A stretch of DNA of 64,000 nucleotides from Squalus acanthias. Taxonomy: Eukaryota. The stretch lies in assembly GCA_030390025.1 (NCBI GenBank), contig CM059432.1:136154001-136218000 (forward strand). The letters run 5' to 3'. The translations under genes and the position numbers were made by a program. Shown piece after piece: positions 11,726 to 23,698 of this stretch. A model generated the notes under the pieces. The model was not told where the DNA came from. It made no database searches and saw only the letters and a program-made list of their open reading frames with translations. Every line of letters starts with the position of its first letter. Within the stretch, counting starts at the first letter, position 1.

Positions 11726-11999
11726 TAGGGTCGCCAACTCTGGTTGGTCGTATTCCTGGAGGTTTCATCACATGACCTCCTGCCTCCAACAGCTCCGCCT
11801 ACTCAAACAGCCTATTTTCCCCATCTCCAATATTTTTATAGCTAATGAATGAAAGTGTTCAAAGAAAATTTAAAAAGAACACACAATTCTTTCAATGACT
11901 CTACGATTTCTCTCCTGGGTGTTGCTCGCAGCCGTGTCCTGGAGATTAATCTTTAATTCCTGGAGACTCCAGGACAATCCTGGATGGTTGGCAACCCTA
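11726..11999. mobile_element. hAT-type MITE, copy 1
   Basis: TIR TAGGGT(C/T)GCCAAC. Decayed 8-bp TSD GACCTAGT/AACTTAGC. Homologous to 36822-37087 and 60127-60374. Confidence 0.75.
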
Positions 12000-12384
12000 A
12001 ACTTAGCTCAACTGGTTCATCTCCAAAATTCCTCCCCACCGACCCAGATAGCACAACTTTTCCCACCCATGACTCTCGCACAAAGGGAGTGATGTTCTCA
12101 TTACGGTGTGTCACCATATAAGATTGAGAACCAGAAGTGTAAGTAGACTGAGCTATTTTTTTATTGTTATGACACACTGAAAGATTTTCTTGTAAAACCT
12201 TGTTTTCATTGAGTATTAAATAGAAACATCACCTACACATTAGAAAATAAGAAACTGAATGGGGTAGAAGAGCAGAGGGATCTAGGGATACAGGTGAATT
12301 CATTAAAAGCAGCATCGCAGGTCAGCAAATCAATTAAAAATGCTTTAAAAGCATTGGGATTTATTTCTAGGCGTATAGAATTTT

Positions 12385-13330
12385 TTATTTTTTTGTCATT
12401 CACGGAATGTGGGCGTCGCTGGCAAGGCCAGCATTTATTGCCCATCCCTAATTGCCCCTTGAGAAGGTGGTGGTGAGCCGCCTTCTTGAACCGCTGCAGT
12501 CCGTATGGTGAAGGTACTCCCACAGTGCTGTTAGGGAGGGAGTTCCAGGATTTTGACCCAGCAACGATGAAGGATCGGCGATATACTTCCAACTCAGGAT
12601 GGTGTGTGACTTGGAGGAGAACTTGGAGGTGATGCAGTTCCCATGCGCCTGCTGCCCTTGTCCTTCTAGGTGGAAGAGGTTGCAGGTTTGGGAGCTGCTA
12701 TTGAAGAAGCCTTGGCGAGTTGCTGCAGTGCATCTTATAGATGGTACACACTGCAGCCAGTGTACGCCGGTGGTGGAGGGTAGTGAATGTTTAAGGTGGT
12801 AGATGGGGTGCCAATCAAGCGGACTGCTTTGTTGTGGATGGTGTCGAACTTCTTGAGTGTTGTTGGAGCTGCACTCATCCAGGCAAGTGGAGAGTATTCC
12901 ATCACACTCCTTACTTGAGCCTTGTAGATGATGGAAAGGCTTTGGAGAGTCAGGAGGTGAGACACTCGCCACAGAATACCCAGCCTCTGACCTGCTTTTG
13001 TAGCCACAGTATTTATGTGGCTGGTCCAGTTAAGTTTCTGGTCAATGGTGACCCCCAGGATATTGATGGTGGGGGATTCAACGATGGTAATGCCGTTGAA
13101 TGTCAAGGGGTGGTGGCAAGACTCCTCTTGTTGGAGATGGTCATTGCCTGGCACTTGTGTGGTGCAAATGTTACCTGCCACTTATCAGCCCAAGCCTGAA
13201 CGTTATTCAGATCTTGCTGCATGTGGGCATGGACTGCTTCATATCCTGAGGAGTTACAAACGGAACTGAAAACGGTGCAATCATCAGCGAACATCCCGGC
13301 TTCTGACTTTATGATGGAGGGAAGGTCATT
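12385..13330 (-). mobile_element. LINE 3' part (second CR1/L2-group family)
   Basis: RT C-terminal motifs MFADDC, ILGVTIDQKLNW, YKAQVRSVMEYSPLAW. Tail AATAAATGCTGGCCTTGCCAGCGACGCCCACAT. Confidence 0.85.
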
Positions 13331-15700
13331 CCTCAGATAAGGCGACCAAAACTGCACACAGTACTCAAGGTGTGGTCTCACCAAGGCCCTGTACAACTGC
13401 AGCAGGACATCCCTGCTCCTATACTCAAACCCTTTCGCTATGAAGGCCAACATACCATTTGCCTTCTTCACCGCCTGCTGCACCTGCATGCTTACTTTCA
13501 GCAACTGGTGCACAAGGACACCCAGGTCTCGTTGCACTTCCCCTTCTCCCAATCTATTGCCATTCAGATAATAGTCTGCTTTTCTGTTTTTGACACCAAA
13601 GTGGATAACCTCGCACTTATCCACGTTATATTGCATCTGCCACGCTTCTGCCCACTCACCCAACCTGTCCAGATCATCCTGGAGTTTCTCGGTATCCTCC
13701 TCGCAGCACACACTCCCACCCAGCTTTGTGTCATCTGCAAACTTGGAGATATTACATTTAATTCCCTTATCTAAATCATTAATGTATATTGTGAATAGCT
13801 GGGGTCCAAGGACCGATCCCTGCGGTACCCCACTAGTCACTGCTTGCCACTCGGAAAAAGAACCATTAATTCCTACTCTCTGCTTTCTGTCCGTCAACCA
13901 GTTCTCTATCCAAGTCAATACCTTGCCCCCAATCCCATGTGCCTTAACTTTACCCGCTAATCTCTTATGCGGGACCTTATCGAAAGCCTTTTGAAAGTCC
14001 AAATACACCACATCTACTGGTTCTCCCTTATCTATTTTCCCAGTTACATCCTCAAAAAATTCCAGTAGATTAGTCAAGCACGATTTACCTTTTGTAAATC
14101 CATGTTGACTTTGTCCGATCCTGTCACTGTTTTTCAAATGCTCAGCTATTACATCCTTTATAATGGACTCTAGCATTTTCCCCACTACCGATGTCAGGCT
14201 TACCGATCTGTAATTCCCCGCTTTCTCTCTATCACCCTTTTTGAATAGTGGGGTAACATTAGCTACTCTCCAATCCATGGGTACAGTTCCAGATTCCATC
14301 GAATGTTGGAAGATGATCAGCAATGCATCTATTATTTCTAGGGCCACTTCCTTAAGTACCCTAGGATGTAGATTATCAGGCACTGGGGATTTATCGGCCT
14401 TCAATCCAGTCAATTTCCCTAACAACATTTCCCTGCAAATACTGATTTCTTTCGGTTCCTCCCTTTCATCAGACCGTATGTTCTCCAACATCTCTGGGAG
14501 GTTATTTGTGTCCTCCTTTGTGAAGACAGAACCAAAATATGCATTTAATTGGGCTGCCATTTTTTTGTTCCCCATTATAACTTCCCCCGCTTCTGACTGC
14601 AAGGGACCTACACTTGATTTCACTAATCTTTTTCTCTTCACATATCTATAAAAGCTCTTACAGTCAGTTTTTATGTTCCCAGCAAGCTTACTTTCATATT
14701 CTATTTTCCCCTTCTTAATTAATCCCTTTGTCCTCCTTTGTTGAATCCTAAACTGCTCCCAATCCTCAGGGCTACCGCTTTTTCTGGCCAATTTATATGC
14801 CCTCTCCTTGGATCTTATGCTATCCCTAATTTCCCTTGTTAGCCACGGTTGAGTCACCCTTTTTGTTTTATTCTTATGTCACACTGGGATGTACAAATTC
14901 TGTAGTTCATCCATGCAGTCTTTGAATGTTTGCCATTGCCTATCGACTGTCAACCCCTTGAGTGACATTCCCCAATCAATCCTATCCAATTCGCGCCTCA
15001 TACCATCGTAGTTTCCTTTATTTAAATTCAGGACCCTAGTCTCTGATTCAACTACTTCACTCTCCATCCTAATGAAGAATTCTATCATATTATGATCACT
15101 CTGACCCAAGGGGCCTCGTACAACAAGATTGCTAATTAATCCTTTCTCGTTACATAATACCCAGTCTAAGATGGCCTGATCTCTGGTTGGTTCCTCGACA
15201 TATTGTTCCAGAAAACCATCTCGTAAACATTCTAGGAATTCCTCCTCCACAGTATTTTTACTAATTTGGTTAGCCCAATCTATATGTAAATTAAAGTCAC
15301 CCATGATGACTGCTGTGCCCTTACTGCATGCTTCTCTAATTTCCCTTTTAATGCCGTCCCCAACCTCCGTATTACTGTTTGGAGGTCTATATACCACTCC
15401 CACTAACGTTTTCTGCCCCTTGTTATTTCTCAGTTCTACCCATACAGATTCCGCATCATCAGAGCTAATATCCTTCCTTTCAATTATGTTAATCCCCTCT
15501 TTAACCAGCAATGCTACCCCACCTCCCTTTCTTTTTTGCCTATCTTTCCTAAATATTGAATAACCCTGGATGTTGAGTTCCCAGCCTTGGCCACCCTGGA
15601 GCCATGTTTCTTTAATCCCAATCAAATCGTATTCATTTACCTCTATTTGTGCAGCTAATTCATCCACCTTGTTCCGAACGCTCCTTGCATTAAGACACAA
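13330..15700 (-). pseudogene. CR1 ORF2: APE endonuclease + reverse transcriptase, one in-frame TGA at 14879-14881
   Basis: CLNARS, ETWL, GGGVALLV, VYRPP, GDFN, SDHN (endonuclease). YLDFQKAFDKVPH, GVPQGSVLGP, FADDTKL (RT). The two ORFs are in the same frame across the stop. Confidence 0.92.
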
Positions 15701-15701
15701 A

Positions 15702-16597
15702 GGGGTAAAAATTCACTTGGTTGCGCCTCCCGTTAGCGCCTTAAGAGGGCGCTAATGGGGCGCAAAGCCGCTAACGCCCGGGCGCAGCGATGTTTGCGCC
15801 GCTCGAGAACTTAACTTGAGATTGTGCGGCGGCGCTAAAACTTACCGCTGCGACCACCTGCGCGCGCAGATTGTGACGTCATTCCATGGTGCAACGCCCT
15901 TGTGGCGCCCCGTAGCGGAAATTGAGTGGCGCCCCCTGCCTTACCGCCTGGCGCTTCCAACGACCAGAAGACTGGAACGCTATCAATCGCTGTGGGGCTG
16001 GGGGGGGGGGCGCTATTTAAAGGGGGCCTCTTCCTGTCTTTTATTGTTGGTGGCATTTTTGAACTACGCATTCTGAGAGAGAGAGGGAGAGACTTCTGGA
16101 GAGATTCAACGTTGTGTGAAGGAGTTTTGGGTACTGAGCAGCACTTTGCAGGTTCATTTTGATTTGCCATTCCTTGTATCGATTTAGCAGAGACTGTGGG
16201 AGCTGCACTCTGAGCTCTTTGCCTGGTACGCTCCATTGTTCTTTCCAGCACATTTGATGTGCAAGTCTCTCCAGGCCGAGATTCAAGGCAGCAATGAACA
16301 GGATGTGGATGGAAAGCAAGATTAACCATCCCCTTTAAGAACTGGCCCGTGCCATTGTGTGTGTGTTCCATTGCTGACTGACATTACATGAGCTTCGCCA
16401 GCGCTCCGAGTTAGCGCCTCACTGCTCGGCCTTTGCGCCTTAAGAGAGGTGTGCAGCGCTTGCTTTAGCGCTCCACTCACCTCCCGGGGCGGTAAAAGTG
16501 AAGTTTCCTGTCAGTGCCGATAATTAGCGCCAGGCGCTAATATTTGCATCCGGCCGATATTTGCGCCCCAAATGGGGCGCGACCTAATTTCTACCCC
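15702..16597 (-). mobile_element. Internally deleted Harbinger element related to the element starting at ~61840
   Basis: TIRs GGGGTAAAAATT / GGGGTAGAAATT, TSD AAA. 16400-16597 is a near-exact reverse complement of ~61840-62035. Confidence 0.9.
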
Positions 16598-16760
16598 AAA
16601 GCCTTCAGGCTTGTTTTTTTAACGCTTTCTGACCTATATGAATTATTATTTACTATGACCATGTTTGATTTAAACCGTTGAGTTCTTTGCCTTCTACTTT
16701 TGTTTTTCTCCTTCCTGTCTTTAGCTTTTATCCTTATTTCCCTTTCCTCTGTCTCCCTGC

Positions 16761-17735
16761 TCAGGTTCCCAACCCCCTGCCACTTTCGTTTAAACCCTCC
16801 CCAACAGCACTAGCAAACACTCCCCCTAGGACATCGGTCCCAGCCCTGCCCAGGTGCAGACCGTCCCGTTTGTACTGGTCCCACCTCCCCCAGAACCGGT
16901 TCCAATGTCCAAGGAATTTGAATCCCTCCCCCTTGCACCATTCCTCTAGCCACGTATTCATTTGAAATATCCTCCTATTTCTACTCTGACTAGCACGTGG
17001 CACTGGTAGCAATCCTGAGATTACTACCTTTGAGGTCCTCTTTTTTAATTTACCTCCTAACTCCCTATATTCTGCTTTTAGGACCTCATCCCGTTTTTTA
17101 CCTATATCGTTGATGCCTCTGTGCACCACGCCAACTGGCTGTTCGCCCTCCCCCTCCAAAGTGTTCTGTAGCCGCTCTGAGACGTCCTTGACCCTTGCAC
17201 CAGGGAGGCAACACACCATCCTGGAGTCTCGATTGCGGCCGCAGAAACGCCTATCTATTCCCCTTACAATTGAATCCCCTATCACTATAGCTCTTCCACA
17301 CTTTTTCCTCCCAGCCTGTGCAGCAGAGCCACCCATGGTGCCAGGAAGTTGGCTGCTGCCGCCTTCCCCTGATAAGTCATCTCCCCCAACAGCATCCAAA
17401 GTGGTATATCTGTTTGAGAGGGGGATGGCCACAGGGGACCCCTGCACTACCTGCCTGCACCTCTTACTCTGCCTGGTGGTCACCCATTCACTTCCTGCCT
17501 GTACACCCTTTACGTGCGGTGTGACCAACTCGCTAAATGTGTTATTCACGATGTTTTCAGCGTCGCGAATGCTCCAATATGCATCCATCCACAGCTCCAG
17601 TGCCGCAATGCGGTCCGTCAGTAGCTGCAGCTGGATACATTTCCCACACACATGGTCGTCAGGGACACAGGAAGTGTCCCTGATTTCCCACATATTGCAG
17701 GAGGAGCATATCACGGCGCCGAGCTCTGCTGCCAT
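16761..17735 (-). CDS. CR1 ORF1p (324 aa): CxxC/CxxC zinc finger, coiled coil, SGNH/GDSL esterase-like domain
   Basis: CSSC..CGKC, LSNRY, IVIGDSIVRG, CLPGA, GINDI, DGLHL motifs. Uninterrupted frame. Confidence 0.9.
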   Translation of the reverse strand: MAAELGAVICSSCNMWEIRDTSCVPDDHVCGKCIQLQLLTDRIAALELWMDAYWSIRDAENIVNNTFSELVTPHVKGVQAGSEWVTTRQSKRCRQVVQGSPVAIPLSNRYTTLDAVGGDDLSGEGGSSQLPGTMGGSAAQAGRKKCGRAIVIGDSIVRGIDRRFCGRNRDSRMVCCLPGARVKDVSERLQNTLEGEGEQPVGVVHRGINDIGKKRDEVLKAEYRELGGKLKKRTSKVVISGLLPVPRASQSRNRRIFQMNTWLEEWCKGEGFKFLGHWNRFWGRWDQYKRDGLHLGRAGTDVLGGVFASAVGEGLNESGRGLGT

Positions 17736-18154
17736 GACTTACCCTTTAATTAATTAATTAAAATTAAACTAATTGAATCCCACCAATTTCACTTCAATTA
17801 AATGATATACTCAAGGGCCCTTGCTTAACAGCAGTCCCCGCTACACCACAGATCTTGAGAGAAAAGCTGGGGTTTGGGACTATACTGGACAGCTCTTTCA
17901 AAGAGCCGACAGGCATGACAGGTCGAATGGCCTCCTTCTGTGCTGTAAACATCTATGATTCTATGAAAAGGAGTAAAAGGCTAATGGGAGAGTGGTGGTG
18001 AGTACAGAGAGAAGGAGAGAGTATTTACTCATATCGCAGTCCTGTTCTATAGTTTCTCCCCCTCATTTCTTTTTTCTTATTTGTGAAACAAGGTCCCACT
18101 CTCGAGAGTGGGCCATGACGAGGAGCTGATCACTGGGGCCTATACTGTTCTGCT

Positions 18155-18890
18155 GTGTCAGCTGTGGCTCAGTGGTAGCACTCTCACCTTTGAGTCAGAA
18201 GGTTATAGCTTTTTATTTATTTATTCATTCATCGGATGTGGGCGTCATTAGCAAGGCCAGCATTTATTGTCCATCCCTAATTGCCCTTGAGAAGGTGGTG
18301 GTGAGCCGCCTTCTTGAACCGCTACAGTCCGTGTGGTGAAGGTACTCCCACAGTGCTGTTAGGGAGGGAGTTCCAGGATTTTGAGCCAGTGTTGATGAAG
18401 GCGATATATTTCAAAGTCAGGATGGTTTGCGGCTTGGAGGGGAACTTGGAGGTGGTGGTGTTCCCATGCACCTGCTGCCCTTGTCCTTCTAGGTGGTAGA
18501 GATCGCAGGTTTTGGAGCTTCATGGACCCACTCCAGAGATTGAGCACAAAAATCAAAGCCTGACTCTCCAGTGCAGTACTGAAGGAGTGTTGCACTATCG
18601 GAGAAGCCGTTTTTCAGATGAGATATTAAACCGAGGTCCTGTTGCCCTCTCAGGTGGACATAAAAGATCCCATGGCACCATTTCAGGGAATAGTGGGGGA
18701 GTGCTCCCCTCTGTCCTAGCCAATATTTAGTCATGTCATGACCAGGTTATGTGGTCATTATCACATTGCCGTTTGTGGGACGAAATTGGCTGCATTACAA
18801 CAGTGACTACACTTCAAAAGTACTTCATTGACTGTAAAATGCTTTGGGATGTCCTGAGTCATGAAAGGCACTACATAAATGCAGGAATTT
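18155..18890 (+). mobile_element. DeuSINE interrupted by a minus-strand LINE 3' fragment (~18210-18520)
   Basis: SINE head GTCAGCTGTGGCTCAGTGGTAGCAC resumes at CCCACTCCAGAG. The insert matches 12385-12690. Confidence 0.8.
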
Positions 18891-21800
18891 ATTTATTTAA
18901 TAGTCCAGAGCTTTTCTGGGGGCATTCTAGAAATAGTAACGCTGCCCGGGGAAATTGTTCTTGGTTTAGCTGAAGAACACATTATTCTCTCAGACTGGGC
19001 TATCTTCCAGACCATCTGGACTGAGGCACATTGCAGGCTGAGCTCTGTCTGCAACTAAGTGGCTGGGATACACTAGTGAGAGCTATATAGGAGGACAATT
19101 AATTGAGCCACTTCAGGATCAGAGAAGACCAGTGCCACCCTTGGGATACAGCTGAATGAGTTTAGAATGATGGTGATCCTTGCTTTACTTTGATTATTAT
19201 TATACCGGTAATGCATCGATTTTAAAATTCTCATTCTTGGTTTCAAAACCCTCCATGGCCTCACCCAGCCCCACAACCCTCCGAGATTTCTGCGCTCCTC
19301 CAATTCTGGCCTCGTGTACATCTCCAATTTTCATCACGCCACCATGTTCCTATTTTAACTTCATTTAAATCTTGCTGGTCAACTTCCCGCCCAGAAAGGG
19401 AGTGAAGATGATGGGAAACAACTGCGAGTTTGGTAAGTGTGGGAGTTTTAAGGGATAATCTCTTTTAAAATCTAGTGTTAATTGCTAGTAGCTCTTAAGT
19501 AAGATCAACTGTTTAAGTTAAAATTTAAAACTTAACATTTTTAAGTTTCTTCAGGCTTAAGCAGAGTCAAACAAGCAAGATCTCCTGCTGGAGATCTGCT
19601 GTAGTTAGTTAATTAGGTAACTGGATTAAACTGGTTCCTGAAACAGTAGCAGAGCAGTGTTGACTCATCTGAGTCACAAACAGTATAAACACAGGGGCCT
19701 GTGAGTGAAGCCAGCACTGAGTGCAGCAGCACAGAGTGAACAACTGTGAGTTTGGTAAGTGTGGGAGTTCGGTGAAGTGGGGGAAGGAGGTGCTTGCTTT
19801 TCTTAACTTCTCCCGCAGAGCAGCGGTGGACCATAGCGGAAGCAGACCGCGGCCCGAGAGCGGGGATAAAAGCAGCAACAGACCTGCATCAACAAGAGAA
19901 AATGGCAGTGTGACATCACAGGTAAGGCAGGTAAGTGATTGGTAGTGACTGTGGGCTAAGTGTTAAGATAGTGACTGTGGGATAATTTTTAAGTTAACAT
20001 ATAACATATAACTAAACTTAATTTAATTAATTTAATAAACTAAACGAGGTAAATAATTTGATTAATACTAAACTAATTAATTAAACAAATGAAATAATGG
20101 GAGAACAGGAGATGTGTTGCTGCTGCAATATGTATGAGCTTGTGGACATTTTTGTCCAGGGTGACTACATCTGCGGTAAGTATCTGCGGCTCAAGGAACT
20201 TCAGCTCTGAGTTGAGGAGCTGGAGTCCGAGCTGCAGACATTGCGAGACATCAGGGAGGGAGAAAGTTACCTGGACCTTTTGCTCCAGGAGGCAGCCACA
20301 CCCCTTAGATTAAATACTTTAGAATTGACACGTGGTCAGGGACAGGAGGGTGTGACTGCGAGTGAGGCAGGTACGGGGATCCAGGAGGTAGTATTGCAGG
20401 AGTCTCAGTCCCTTCACTTGTCCAATAGATTTGAGGTTCTTGCAACCCTTGTGGACAAGTGCGGGGAGGACAAGCAAACTGACCACGGCACCGTGGTACA
20501 AGAAGCCATTCAAGTGGGGGGAGTAAAAAGGAAAGTGACCGTATAGTTAGGGGGATAGACACTGTTCTCTGCAGCCAGGAGCGTGAGTCCTGAAGGCTAT
20601 GTTGCCTACCCAGTGCCAGGGTAAAGGACATCTCCTCCAGGCTGGAGAAGAACTTGGAGTGGGAGGGGGAGGATCCAGCTGTCGTGGTCCACGTAGGTAC
20701 CAATGACATAGGTAGGGTAAAGAAAGAGGTTCTGCTGAGAGTTTGAGTAGCTAGGGACTAAATTAAAAAGCAGAACCACAAAGGTCATAATCTCTGGATT
20801 ATTACCAGAGCCACGAGCAAATTGGCATAGGATCAATAGGATCAGGGAGATGAATGCGTGGCTCAAAGATTGGTGTGGGAGAAGTGGGTTTCGATTTGTG
20901 GGGCACTGGCACCAGTACTGGGGAAAGAGAACTGTTCCATTGGGACGGACTACACCTGAACCATGCTGGGACCAGAGTTCTAGCGAATCGAATAACTAGG
21001 GAGGTAGATAGGGCTTTAAACCAAATAAGTGGGGGGAGGGTCCTGGTGGAGAGAAATCTAGAATGCTAAAGAGAAAAGACAAGGAAGCAGTGCAGGAAAG
21101 TGATTGGGGTAAGGATAACCAGATTGTGTCAGGAAGGGACAGAGCATACAAACAAAGGAGTGCACTAACAAATAGGGTCCGGGTAAGAAAAAATGGTAAT
21201 AAGACAAACAGGGCCATAGTACAAAAAAATGTTAAGATGTCTAAAAATGTTAAAGACAAATCTAAAGGCACTGTATCTGAATGCACGAAGCATTCATAAT
21301 AAGGTAGACGAATTAACAGCATAAATAGATGTAAACGGATATGATATAATTACAATTACAAAGACATGGCTGCAGGGTGACCAAGGCTGGGAGCTGAATA
21401 TCCAAGGATATTCGATATTTAGGAAAGACAGGCGAAAAGGAAAAGGAGGTGGAGTGGCCTTGTTAGTAAAGGATGAAATCAGAGCAATAGTGAGAAAGGA
21501 TATTGGCTCAGAAAATCAAGACGTAGAATTAGTCTGGGTGGAGCTAAGAAGCACCAAGGGGCAGAAAACATTGGTGGAAGTTGTCTATAGGCCTCCAAAC
21601 AGTAGTGGTAATGTAGGGGATGGCATCAAACAGGAAATTAGAGATGCATGTAACAAGGGTACTGCAGTAATCATGGGTGACTTTAATCTACATATAGACT
21701 GGCCAAACCAAATTAGCAATAATACTGTGGAGGATGAATTCCTGGAGTGTGTATGAGATGTTTTTTTAGACTAGTACATTGAGGAGCCAACTAGGGAACA

Positions 21801-22080
21801 GGCTATCCTAGATTGGGTATTGTGCAATGAGAAGGGGTTAATTAATAATCTTGATGTGAGGGGTCCTTTAGGGAAGAATGATCATAACATGAGAGAATTC
21901 TTCATTAAGATGGAAAGTAAAGAAGTCCAATCCGAAACTTGGGTCCGAAATCTAAACAAAGGAAACTACGATGGTATGAGGAGTGAGTTGGCTATGATAG
22001 ATTGGGGAGCTTCATTAAAAAGGCATGATGGTGAATAGGCAATGGCTAACATTTAAGGAACGAATGCATGAATTGCAACA

Positions 22081-23698
22081 TTGGTTGGTTAGATGGGCAG
22101 AACAGTGGCAAATGGAATTTAACCCTGAAAAGTGTGAGGTGATGCATTTTGGGAGGACTAACAAGGCAAGGGAATACACAATGAATGGTAGGACCCTAGG
22201 AAGGACAGAGGATCAGAGGGACCTTGGTGTGCATGTACATAGATCCCTGAAGGCAGCAGGACAGGTAGATAAGGTGGTTAAAAAGGCATATGGGATACTT
22301 CCCTTCATTAGCCGAGGCATAGAATATAAGAGCAGGGAGGTTATGATGGAGCTGTACAAAACGCTAATTAGGTCACAGCTGGAATACTGTGTGCAGTTCT
22401 GGCCGCCACACTATAGGAAGGATGTGATTACATTGGAGAGGGTGTAGAGGAGATTCACCAGGATGTTACCTGGGCTGGAGCGCTTCAGCTATGAAGAGAG
22501 ACTGGACAGGCTTGGGTTGTTTGCCTTAGAGCCAGAGAAGGCTGAGGGGGGACCTGATTGAGGTGTACAAAATTATGAGGGGCATAGATAGGGTAGATAG
22601 AAAGGAACTTTTCCCCTTAGTAGAGGGGTCAATAACCAGGGGGCATAGTTTCAAGGTAAGGGGCAGGAGGTTTAGAGGGGATTTGAGGTAAAACTTTTTC
22701 ACCCAGAGGGTGTTTGGAATCTGGAACTCACTGCCTGAAAGGGTGGTAGAGGCAGGAACCCTCACAACATTCAAGAAGCATTTAGATGAGCACTTGAAAT
22801 GCCATAGCATACAAGGCTACGGACCAAGTGCTGGAAAATGGGATTAGAATAGACAGGGCTTGATGGCCGGCATGGACATGATGGGCCGAAGGGCCTCTTT
22901 CTGTGCTGTATAACTCTATGGGCTGGATTTTGATACTGGGGCGGGTTGGGGTCGTGTCATCCGCATTTCGTGTTATCCACCCGCCTGCAATTGGATGTGG
23001 GAGATTGATGCAATTTTCACTTAATTGGGCAATTGAGTTCCAGCATGTGGGAACCCATGAACCAATTAGTGGTTTCAGTCTGAAAGTCGCCTCTGATGAT
23101 GTCATCATTGCAGGTCAGAGACTGCCTGGTCTCAGAGATTGCCTGGCCTTTGCTGTGAGAGGACCTGGATGAATATGAGAGAGAGAGAGAGAGAGGGATA
23201 GAGAGAGAGAATTTTTTTGCAACCAAGTTCTCCCAGGCAGTCTCTGAAGACATTCAATGCAGCAGCATCAGAGGCGACTTTCAGACCTAATACTACTACT
23301 ACCTTCATCACAATACTACTACTACCTTCATCATATCTCCGTTGTAATAGTGGACCTGCAGCTGATAGTCAGCTATCCACTTGTGCTCCCGCCAGGTTTC
23401 ACTGGTGTGTTTCACATCAGGCGTACTTCACGTCGGAAAAGGGTTAAACTAGCTAAAACGTTTCAAAATGGCATTACAGAGCCAATTTAGGGCTTGTTAA
23501 GGGCTTTAATGGCCTCTCCCGCCTCTTGGAGGCGGGACGGAGTCGGGAACCCCGCGACCGATTTTGTCAAAATTGCGTGGATGCAGAATGGAGTCGGGAT
23601 GGGGTCAGGACCCCCGAATCTGCAACTTTAACCCCCCACACGCCTCCAAACCCGACTCCACGGGTCATTGAAAATCCAACCCTATGACTCTGACTATG
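22081..23698 (+). mobile_element. 5'-truncated CR1 of another subfamily nested in the CR1 above
   Basis: WAEQWQMEFNPEKCEVMHFG..QLEYCVQFW. Host sequence rejoins as GAATTGCAACA/GTTATACATTCC with AACA duplicated. Confidence 0.85.
22920..23682. mobile_element. Harbinger-type MITE in a CR1 tail
   Basis: TIRs GGGCTGGATTTT / GGGTTGGATTTT, TSD TAT. Confidence 0.85.

Larger units (their letters stand above)
13330..17850 (-). mobile_element. Near full-length CR1 LINE (ORF1+ORF2), 3' end missing, interrupted by a Harbinger element
   Basis: ORF1 esterase, APE endonuclease and RT occur in order on the minus strand. Confidence 0.95.

Noticed and set aside
13103..14857. 584-aa ORF as an intact functional reverse transcriptase gene
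   Set aside because: It is a fragment downstream of a premature stop, lacks the CR1 C-terminus and is fused to another LINE.
16761..17735. Host SGNH hydrolase gene
   Set aside because: Position, orientation and motifs identify it as CR1 ORF1, and a decayed homologue lies at ~20098-21020.
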